Assembly (NCBI GenBank): GCA_016789905.1 | Contig: JAEUQC010000023.1 | Span: 2 to 64,001, forward strand | DNA from: Bryobacterales bacterium | Lineage (GTDB): Bacteria; Acidobacteriota; Terriglobia; Bryobacterales; Bryobacteraceae | Reading direction: 5' to 3' | DNA length: 64,000 nucleotides | Shown: one piece after another, positions 44,929 through 52,679 of the stretch | Position numbering within the stretch: position 1 is the stretch's first letter | Layout of the letters: each line of letters begins with the position of its first letter | The notes under the pieces: generated by a model | Databases searched by the model: none | What the model saw: only the letters and a program-made list of their open reading frames with translations | Told to the model about the DNA's origin: nothing | Program-made: the position numbers and the translations under genes

Positions 44929-45507
44929 TTATCCCCGCAACTTCGCGATCGTCGCCGCCAGCGTGGCGCCCAGTGTCTCCACATTCGCCTGTTGGCGCGC
45001 GTCTTTCAACTGACCGTCCGGAGTAAATGCCTCGCCGGCCTTGGATATCGACACCTGCCCCGGCAGCACGATGGCGCTCAAGTTTCCGAACATCGCCCGT
45101 GCGTGGATCAGCCCTCGCATCCCGCCCAGCGCGCCCGGGCTCGCGCTCATCAATGTAACCACTTTACCGTTGAACGCCGCCATCGGCTTTTCATTCGGCG
45201 CCGGCCGAGACACCCAGTCAATCGTGTTCTTAAACACCGCCGTCAGCGAACTGTTGTATTCCGGCAACGACAATAACAGGCCCTGCGCGTCAATAAACAA
45301 AGCCTTCAAAGCGAGCGCATTGGCCGGCAAGCCTTCTGTCGCTTCCAGGTCTTCATCGAAAACTGGCAACGCATAGTCGCGCAGGTCGATCAGCGTCACC
45401 GCCGCACCCGCGCCAGCCGCCGCCGCCGCCGCGATCTTGATGAGCGTCTTGTTGTAGGAGCCACTGCGCAGGCTGCCGGCAAAGGCGAGAATACGAGGTT
45501 GAGACAT
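44929..45507 (-). CDS. NADPH-dependent FMN reductase
   Basis: ILAFAGSLRSGSYNKTL is the flavodoxin-like FMN_red signature. Its stop lies 3 nt upstream of the LLM gene. Confidence 0.85.
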   Translation of the reverse strand: MSQPRILAFAGSLRSGSYNKTLIKIAAAAAAGAGAAVTLIDLRDYALPVFDEDLEATEGLPANALALKALFIDAQGLLLSLPEYNSSLTAVFKNTIDWVSRPAPNEKPMAAFNGKVVTLMSASPGALGGMRGLIHARAMFGNLSAIVLPGQVSISKAGEAFTPDGQLKDARQQANVETLGATLAATIAKLRG

Positions 45508-45511
45508 TCCT

Positions 45512-47464
45512 CTACTGTAGATAGGTTTCCACTATTCCCGCGAGTTCGCGGCGCCGGACCGTCTTCACATTGGCGCCGCTGAATCCCTCCTCGCGCGCCG
45601 GGGTTGTCCGGCCCAGCGTCACCGTCCGCGGGGCGATATGCACCGCCAGGTCCGGCAGATCGTAGTAGCGCAGCACGTTCGGTATCACGGCATCGAACAC
45701 CTGCCGGTTGATCGGCGTCGTCGCCTGCGTGCGATACACCGGCGGCAGGTCCTCCAACACAAGCTTTGTCAGCCGAGGGTCAATCGCCGCCGCGTGCAAC
45801 ATTGCCACACCGGGGTTTCCTCGGGCGAATCCGGTCACACCGCCCGCTGTCTGGATTCCCCGAGCCTCCAAAATGTCCAGTCCGCGAACGATGTCAGCCA
45901 TCCTCATACCCGTGACCGTTTTTCCCACCATTAGCGACAGCCAAATCGCTTTGTCCTGCGGAAACCAGGCGTCAGAATAGCTTGTCGCTCCATGGCGCGT
46001 CTCCCCGGTCAACACCGTGTCCAGCGCCAGCACGGTATAGCCCGCCGCCACGAACTCCCGGACGGAAGGCGCGCCCTTTCCCGCCGCATCAGCCACCAGC
46101 ACTACCCGCCCTTCCCCATTCGCCGCCCGCAGCAATCGCGCCGGCACCCACCGTCCCGGCTCAGCCTCAAAACGGAAGCTCTCCGCGCCCGCCGGCTCTT
46201 CGCGTGGCGTGCCTTCCGGTTTCACATACCGCGTCAACGCACGCACGTTCGCCGCCACGTCCCCGCGCTCCGCGCGAATCGCTCCCAGCCGTCGCATATT
46301 CAATGTGCTGGCTGTCTCCCCCCCCACTTGCCCGCTCGGCGAGGCGTTCAAATTCTCTTCCAGCTCCACCGTAAACTTCGGTTCCGGCGCCGGTCCCGGC
46401 GCACCCTGCAGCCATTTCCGCATCCAGGCGTAAATCGCTCCCCGGCTCTCCGCGCCCATCCCATGCCCGCCCGGTGTGGTGAACCACGCGATCTTATCTT
46501 CCGCCCCAAACCGGTTGTAGATCTCCTTCGCCTCCTCGTACGTCCGCCGCGCACCCGCCACTGGAAAGAAGTCCTCGTTCGTCGACGCGATCAGGTACGG
46601 CCGCGGTGCCGCCGCAATCAAGAAGTCGCCCTGATCAAAACCATCGCGCAGTTGGTCGGGAAACTGCTGTTCGGCGTCCTGCGGCCCCGTGCCGCGTAAC
46701 TGCTCTTCCCACGAAGTGATGTAGCAGGCCGGCGCCGCCGCCTGAACCCGTTCATCCAACGCCGCCAAATAGGCCGTCAACGTCCCTCCGCCCGAACACC
46801 CCGCCACCCCAATTTTGTTGGGGTTTACATATCCCAAAGATTGCACCACATCAATCGCCCGCATTCCATCCCAAATCATCTGCCGCGCCAGGCTCTCGCC
46901 TCCAAGCAACGCTTGCACGCCCACCATCTGGTGCTCCACCGTCGTTCCGCCAACTTTCGAGTCCCCCAGATCCGCGTCGAAGAAAATGCGCCGCTCCCCC
47001 TGCCCCAGCGGGTCGTAGGTCAGCACAACGAACCCATACTTCACAAGGCCAATCGACAAGCTCTGGTACAGCTCCCGCGCCTTCGCCGTCAGGCTGTGCC
47101 CCGTCGGTTGCACCACCGCTGGAAATGGCCCCGCGCCGCGCTTCGGCACGTATAAGTTGGCGGTCACAAAAAAGCCCGGTTGCGATTCGAAAATCAGCTT
47201 TTCGACTCTGTAGTCCGCATGTTCAATCACGCCCGTCTGGCGCGTATTTAAGGGCGTTCTCTCACTCGGCAATCCACCGATCCACCGCGCCAGGTTCGCC
47301 CGCACCTGCCGCGCGCGACGGCGGATCTCCTCCGGCGTCTTCAGCTTTGCCACTTCCTCCCGTCTTCTGGCCAGTTGCTGTTGCGCAATCCCTTCCAGCC
47401 ATGGATATGGGGATTGGGCCAGAAGAATCGGGAGGAGAAGGAGCAGTAGCGTCGCGCGGGTCAC
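45512..47464 (-). CDS. Secreted alpha/beta hydrolase (acetylxylan-esterase/dienelactone-hydrolase-like) with extra C-terminal domain
   Basis: The signal peptide is MTRATLLLLLLPILLAQS. The nucleophile elbow is GVAGCSGGG. The first half has AXE1-like topology. The C-terminal ~230 aa were not recognised. Confidence 0.75.
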   Translation of the reverse strand: MTRATLLLLLLPILLAQSPYPWLEGIAQQQLARRREEVAKLKTPEEIRRRARQVRANLARWIGGLPSERTPLNTRQTGVIEHADYRVEKLIFESQPGFFVTANLYVPKRGAGPFPAVVQPTGHSLTAKARELYQSLSIGLVKYGFVVLTYDPLGQGERRIFFDADLGDSKVGGTTVEHQMVGVQALLGGESLARQMIWDGMRAIDVVQSLGYVNPNKIGVAGCSGGGTLTAYLAALDERVQAAAPACYITSWEEQLRGTGPQDAEQQFPDQLRDGFDQGDFLIAAAPRPYLIASTNEDFFPVAGARRTYEEAKEIYNRFGAEDKIAWFTTPGGHGMGAESRGAIYAWMRKWLQGAPGPAPEPKFTVELEENLNASPSGQVGGETASTLNMRRLGAIRAERGDVAANVRALTRYVKPEGTPREEPAGAESFRFEAEPGRWVPARLLRAANGEGRVVLVADAAGKGAPSVREFVAAGYTVLALDTVLTGETRHGATSYSDAWFPQDKAIWLSLMVGKTVTGMRMADIVRGLDILEARGIQTAGGVTGFARGNPGVAMLHAAAIDPRLTKLVLEDLPPVYRTQATTPINRQVFDAVIPNVLRYYDLPDLAVHIAPRTVTLGRTTPAREEGFSGANVKTVRRRELAGIVETYLQ

Positions 47465-47471
47465 TAGCAGA

Positions 47472-48023
47472 CTACGTTATTACACTCGCCTTGCGCGGGG
47501 GAAAAGGCTTACGCGGCACCGTACCGCAGCGTTCGAACTCATCCAGCAGTGTGGCACTTGCAGCCTTCGCCACCGCCACCGCCAGGCCCTTCAAAGCGCT
47601 GTTGAATTCCTTGCTTGCCGTCAGTCCGGAAAGCTGCGTCAGAATGTGCGCCAGCTCTATCTGTTCCGCTGCCGCCACTGGTTTCCACGGCCCCGGCTGT
47701 GGCTGAAATACGTCGAGCCACCACGGACGCGGGCCGGGCCACGGCCAGGGCCAAGGCGGGCACAATTCGTCGCCCGGTTCCCACCCGGCAATCAGTGATC
47801 CGCCAGCCTGTTTTGCCATCGTTCGGGAAAGGGCCATTACCTCTTCGGCCAGCGCCTTCTCACTGACCGCGGCCGCCACCGACTTCACAACGTCGGCAAC
47901 CATCAATTCCACATGAGCATTGGAGAACACGAAGGGCGTATGCGGCTTTACGGCATCCCACGCCTTGGGGTTGAGTGTTCCAATCAGTTGGGCTTTCGAA
48001 CGAATGTGCGATAAATTCGCCAT
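47472..48023 (-). CDS. Hypothetical protein with central Trp/Pro-rich linker (PPWPWPWPGPRPWW)
   Basis: 183-aa ORF with two Ala-rich helical halves flanking CPPWPWPWPGPRPWWLDVFQPQPGPWKP. It is the first gene of the minus-strand run ending at the LLM gene. GGAGGA lies upstream of the ATG. Confidence 0.55.
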   Translation of the reverse strand: MANLSHIRSKAQLIGTLNPKAWDAVKPHTPFVFSNAHVELMVADVVKSVAAAVSEKALAEEVMALSRTMAKQAGGSLIAGWEPGDELCPPWPWPWPGPRPWWLDVFQPQPGPWKPVAAAEQIELAHILTQLSGLTASKEFNSALKGLAVAVAKAASATLLDEFERCGTVPRKPFPPRKASVIT

Positions 48024-48131
48024 AATTCCTCCTGTCTACGTTACATCTAGGAGACGTTGTCTCTGTTCGATTAGTGCGGTCCACATTCTGACCGTTTCAG
48101 TCGCCCCGCAGTGAGTATGCTGGTTGCGGAC

Positions 48132-49886
48132 ATGGAAACGAGCTATTGGGAACGAACCGACTCCTTTGAGCGCAAGATGAAATTGGTGGAACAGGCTTGG
48201 GCCCGGAAGGACTTTCGCCTGGCACGCGCGCTGCTGGCCTCTTTGCGCACCACCGCCATGCAGGCGCAGCAGGAAGAACTGAATCTTGGCGCGCCCCTCG
48301 ACGCATCCGTCCACGCGGTGGCGGACCTTCCCGAAGGCTGGCGCCAGTGGGCCGCCGGCTGGAGACATTATCAAATCGTGCAGGTGGACGAGACCGCCGG
48401 CGTTGGCCGCCCACCGGAGCCCATCGAAATCGTGCTTCGCGGCGAGGCCGCTTCACTCGCTCGCGAAGTGCGCGTCGCCGCTGTCGAGGGGCCAGGCCTC
48501 CGCGAAGTCCCCAGCCAAGTGACCTCCGAAATTCTCCGTGGCCAACAACGCCTCTGCCGCCTGCTATTCTTCGCCTCCGGCGGCCCCCACCAGCGCCAGA
48601 CCTATCTCGTCTTCTACGGCAACCCGGATGCCGAACTGCCCGAGTATCCATCGGATCTGCGCGTCACCGGCGAGGGCTTCGGCCTCGATATCGAAAACGA
48701 CTTTTTCAAGGCGTCGTTGTCCCGGCAAATGGGTCAGTTGGAGCGGCTCGCCTTCAAGCGCGAACACGGCCTGGAACTCTTCGCCGGCGGCGAAGGCCAT
48801 GGGGAACCGCCGGGCATTGATTGGGCGCATGACTATGTTGGCTCCGGCAATTTCCAAAAACTGCGCATCACGCTTTGGGACCAGTGTCCGGACTACGAAG
48901 TCGTCCGCGGGCCGCTCTGCACCACCGTCCGCCGCTGGGGCTTCCCACACTCGCCGGTCCATCCGGTCTTCTCCCCCTCACGCATCCACTTCGATGTCGA
49001 ATACCGCTTCTACGCCGGCGTCCCCTGGTTCCAGAAAGTGGGCCGGACGGATGTGATTCAGGATGTGGAAATCGACGCTCTGCGCGACGACGAATGGGTC
49101 TTCTCCGGCCAATCCTTCACGGAGATGGTATGGATGGGCGCCGATGGCAAGCTGCGCAGCGGCGCCGTAGACCCCGCACAGTCGGAAAACCTTTGGGGCG
49201 TCGGTTTCTATCACAAGACGGCGGAGGACGCCTTCATTGCGCTCTTCCTCGATCATCATGGCGACAACACCGGTGAACTCCGCCACAACGCTTCTCCGCA
49301 AATGTTCTACAAGTGGCACGGCCCGGTTTGGAGCCGGTACCCATTGAAGGCAGGGCTCCTCAAGGCGGGTAGCGTGCTCCATCAGCGGAACGCCTATTTG
49401 GCACTCCGCTACACCGAGGAGTCCGGTCCACGCCTGGTGGAAGGCATACGCCATCGGATGCTGAACCCGCTCGCCGTTTCCGCCGGGACACTCCCGAAGA
49501 ACACAAGTGGCGGAGAAATCCGCGGCCGCCTGGCGAGAATTGGTGAAGCCGGCGATAGCCCGATTTCGAAAAAGGTCATCTGGGATGCACTCCGCGATTG
49601 CAAGGACGAGCAACTCTACAAGAGTGACTTGAACGTGGTGGACCTGGGCCTCGTCTTCGATGTCCGCATCCGTGCCGGAACGGTGCATCTCGTCATGGCC
49701 ATGCCACACCGCGGCCGGCCACGGCTTGGATTCTTCTCCTACGGATCAGGTGGCAACTCCATGCCCATCCGGCAGCGATTGATGCGAATCCCTGGGGTTC
49801 AAAAGGTTGACTTCCAACAAACCTGGGACCCAGGCTGGTCATCGAACAACCTCACCGCCGAAGGCCGCTCCAAGCTCGGCCTCTAG
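48132..49886 (+). CDS. Unknown ~585-aa cytoplasmic protein with C-terminal DUF59/MIP18-like domain (paralogue 2)
   Basis: The track ORF starts at GTG 48111. ATG 48132 (METSYWERTDSF) matches paralogue 1. It is collinear with 5213..6988 over its full length, roughly 60% identical by eye. One example block is GLELFAGGEGHGEPPGIDWAHDYV, identical in both. Confidence 0.8.
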   Translation: METSYWERTDSFERKMKLVEQAWARKDFRLARALLASLRTTAMQAQQEELNLGAPLDASVHAVADLPEGWRQWAAGWRHYQIVQVDETAGVGRPPEPIEIVLRGEAASLAREVRVAAVEGPGLREVPSQVTSEILRGQQRLCRLLFFASGGPHQRQTYLVFYGNPDAELPEYPSDLRVTGEGFGLDIENDFFKASLSRQMGQLERLAFKREHGLELFAGGEGHGEPPGIDWAHDYVGSGNFQKLRITLWDQCPDYEVVRGPLCTTVRRWGFPHSPVHPVFSPSRIHFDVEYRFYAGVPWFQKVGRTDVIQDVEIDALRDDEWVFSGQSFTEMVWMGADGKLRSGAVDPAQSENLWGVGFYHKTAEDAFIALFLDHHGDNTGELRHNASPQMFYKWHGPVWSRYPLKAGLLKAGSVLHQRNAYLALRYTEESGPRLVEGIRHRMLNPLAVSAGTLPKNTSGGEIRGRLARIGEAGDSPISKKVIWDALRDCKDEQLYKSDLNVVDLGLVFDVRIRAGTVHLVMAMPHRGRPRLGFFSYGSGGNSMPIRQRLMRIPGVQKVDFQQTWDPGWSSNNLTAEGRSKLGL

Positions 49887-49893
49887 CCCGGCA

Positions 49894-51456
49894 CTATTGT
49901 TTCCGCAGAGTCGGATAGGTAATGCCCAATTGATCGAGATAGGTCGGATACTTCGAAGGATCGTAGTAAAACTTGCGCATCCGCTCCCGGTATTTGGCCA
50001 TCTTTTCCGTGTTGAGTTCAATAGCCGGCTGGTCGGTGTCGGCAATCAATGGCTGATACTTCAAGTCCTTCGTTTGCACCTCGCGGAAGTACTTCCACGC
50101 ATCGGCAATCAACTCCGGCCTCAACAGAAAATCGAGCGCCGTCGCTGCCTGCACCTTCGCGCCCGCGACGGATCCTTTATGCGCCAGCGGCGTCGCCATG
50201 GAGATGGCGTTTGCCCAGTGATGGCCGGGCAAGTTCGGAATGTTCGCCGGGAATCGCATGTAGACCATCGGCATCACCCAGGAAATATCGCCGATGTCAT
50301 CCGTACCACCGCCCTTCCATGGCTGCGGCGCTTCCAACGGCTTCACTTTATCCGGCAGCGGCTCCACCTTTGGCGCGCGAATCTCGCGCTGCAGTTCGCG
50401 GGCCAGCGTCTGGTCGGCCTCCGTCCACTTCGGCATACCCACCATCTCTATGTTCTTCTGCTGCACCTCGGCCACCACTTTGTTCAGATGGTACGGCCAC
50501 GCCGAGCCTACTACACGCTGGCTAACCGTGGTGCTCGTCGCCATGGCCGCGGCCTTGGCCATCGTCGATCCGTACTCCTGCATCTCCTTGATGCGCGGAA
50601 AATCCTGCTCCCGGAAGTAGTACCAAACGGTGGCTTCCTCCGGCACCACATTCGGCTGATCGCCCCCATTGGTGATCACATAGTGCGAACGCTGCTCCGG
50701 CCGCAAATGCTCCCGCTTCATGTTCCACATCGCGTTCATCAACTCAACGGCGTCCAACGCCGAACGGCCCTTCCACGGCGCACCGGCCGCGTGCGCCGCC
50801 TCCCCCTTGAACGTGAATTGAATGGACACAAGCCCGCTATTGTTCGCCGGCTGCCCATACGAGGTTGCGAGTTCATTGCCGACATGGCACCCGAGCATGA
50901 TGTCCACATCCTTCATCAGGCCCGCTCGCACAAAAAAGGCCTTTGTGGCCACCAGTTCCTCAGCCACGCCCGGAAACAGCTTCAACGTTCCCTTTAGGCC
51001 GTGCTTCGTCATCAGATCCTTCAATGCCAGCGCCGCCACTACATTTACCGCGTTCCCGGAATTGTGGCCCTCGCCATGTCCGGGCGCGCCTTCAATGATG
51101 GGATCGTGATATGCCACGCCCGGCTTCTGACTCGCGCGCGGGATGCCATCCAGATCGGTGATAAAACCAATTACAGGTTTGGCGCCGTTGGACCACGTGG
51201 CCACCCACGCCGTCGGCATTCCAGCCACGCCGCGCTCCACCGTGAACCCATTTTTCTCAAGTATCGCGGTAAGGTACTTCGAAGTTTCCACTTCCTGGAA
51301 TCCGAGTTCGCCGAAGCTAAACACGGAGTCAACAATCTCCTGCACCATCTTTGCGCGGCCGTCGATATTGGCCAGCGCGTCTTTCTTCAGTTGATCAAGT
51401 GTTGGGGGTTGCGCGAACGAGGCACTGATTGCAAGACACGCCAATAGGTATCGCAT
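49894..51456 (-). CDS. M20-family amidohydrolase/peptidase (AbgB-like), secreted
   Basis: The track ORF extends to 51573. ATG 51456 gives the signal peptide MRYLLACLAISASFAQP. GAPGHGEGHNSGNAV is a metal-binding motif. Confidence 0.8.
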   Translation of the reverse strand: MRYLLACLAISASFAQPPTLDQLKKDALANIDGRAKMVQEIVDSVFSFGELGFQEVETSKYLTAILEKNGFTVERGVAGMPTAWVATWSNGAKPVIGFITDLDGIPRASQKPGVAYHDPIIEGAPGHGEGHNSGNAVNVVAALALKDLMTKHGLKGTLKLFPGVAEELVATKAFFVRAGLMKDVDIMLGCHVGNELATSYGQPANNSGLVSIQFTFKGEAAHAAGAPWKGRSALDAVELMNAMWNMKREHLRPEQRSHYVITNGGDQPNVVPEEATVWYYFREQDFPRIKEMQEYGSTMAKAAAMATSTTVSQRVVGSAWPYHLNKVVAEVQQKNIEMVGMPKWTEADQTLARELQREIRAPKVEPLPDKVKPLEAPQPWKGGGTDDIGDISWVMPMVYMRFPANIPNLPGHHWANAISMATPLAHKGSVAGAKVQAATALDFLLRPELIADAWKYFREVQTKDLKYQPLIADTDQPAIELNTEKMAKYRERMRKFYYDPSKYPTYLDQLGITYPTLRKQ

Positions 51457-51463
51457 TTGGATC

Positions 51464-52543
51464 TTAGGGTACAACGGCAAGCTGCTCACGGAGTAAAGCC
51501 GTGGCGCCCGATACCGGCGCATCGGCCAGCAACCTGAGCGCTTCCGTTCGTTTTTCCACGGCCTCCTCGACATTTCCCTCGGCCGCCAACACGGCGGCTT
51601 CGGTCCGCAGCCGGCACCAACGGGGCATCAATGCTGTTGACTCAGCCCTCTCCAGCCACTCCCGCGCCACCGCGGCCCTTCCCCGGACAGCCCCTTCAAA
51701 CCACGCAGCCTCCAAAACCGCTGCCACGCGAAAAAACTCCGGCGCGGCCGTCAGGCATTCCAAGCTCCGGTCAAGCCACTCCCCGGCCGCCTCCGTCTCG
51801 CCCCGGTCCAGTTCCCGGAAGTACAGCGCGCTCGCCGTCATCATGCCGTCCGGGCTCGCGTCCACCCACTCCGGCTTCGCTTCGTCCAGTGCCCAATTTC
51901 GCGGCCGTACTCCAGCCTGGTTCTGCGCCGAAAACGCTGCCATCGCCAGCCAACGGTTGGCTTCCATCCCCCCGCGCAGAAGCTGCAGAAACCGAGCCCC
52001 GTCGGACAGGTACTCGCCCATCGCGGTTGGCACGCTCGTTACTACACCAATCACAAGGGAAAGCAGACAAACGGACAATCCCCAGAACTTCCATCCGCCG
52101 CTTCCCAAGACATACAACACGCCCGCCACTGCCGCCAACGCACCGGACGCCAGCGGTCCGCCGATCACCATCAACATGGCCCCCTTACGAACATCTGCCC
52201 CTGGGCCCGGCAGTGCCGCCGCCAGCCCGCCCATCTTCGTCCAATCTGTGTTCCATCGAAACCGGATCCGCCCGTTCTCACGGCAAAGGGTGAACGGCCC
52301 TACGGTCAGGAACTGAAACTCGTACCCCCCCAGTGCCGCGCCAGCCAAATGGCCGAGTTCATGTACCGCCAGGACAACGAAACTTGCCCCCAATAGCGCC
52401 AGAAGAAGGAGCGGGTTCGGCAGTACTTTGTCCGGCTGCTTCCTGCCCCCTCTCATCCATTGGCCGGTACGCACGCCCGCCCACGCAATCACCGCGGCAC
52501 AAAGGATTCCGTAGCCAATCTTCTTGTTGCGCCTAAGCCCCAT
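51464..52543 (-). CDS. M50 (site-2 protease)-like membrane metalloprotease with helical-repeat C-terminal domain
   Basis: HExxH sits inside a TM helix (VLAVHELGHLAGAALGG), with a later LSDG motif. The C-terminal ~170 aa are TPR-like. It ends 7 nt before the M20 gene start. Confidence 0.65.
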   Translation of the reverse strand: MGLRRNKKIGYGILCAAVIAWAGVRTGQWMRGGRKQPDKVLPNPLLLLALLGASFVVLAVHELGHLAGAALGGYEFQFLTVGPFTLCRENGRIRFRWNTDWTKMGGLAAALPGPGADVRKGAMLMVIGGPLASGALAAVAGVLYVLGSGGWKFWGLSVCLLSLVIGVVTSVPTAMGEYLSDGARFLQLLRGGMEANRWLAMAAFSAQNQAGVRPRNWALDEAKPEWVDASPDGMMTASALYFRELDRGETEAAGEWLDRSLECLTAAPEFFRVAAVLEAAWFEGAVRGRAAVAREWLERAESTALMPRWCRLRTEAAVLAAEGNVEEAVEKRTEALRLLADAPVSGATALLREQLAVVP

Positions 52544-52679
52544 CTCCCTACAATGCCATGCCAGCCCGGCTTCTGTTATGATTCTCTAATCTCGCTGGCG
52601 CGGCACGTTTCCACGTCCGACTATTTCCGCTCCGCCGTCTGGGGCTTCACACCAAACCATCTTTGAGGAGGGGTCAGAT

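Noticed and set aside
49807-50997. 396-aa plus-strand ORF
   Set aside because: It is antisense to the M20 amidohydrolase gene and has an Arg/His/Leu-rich off-frame composition.
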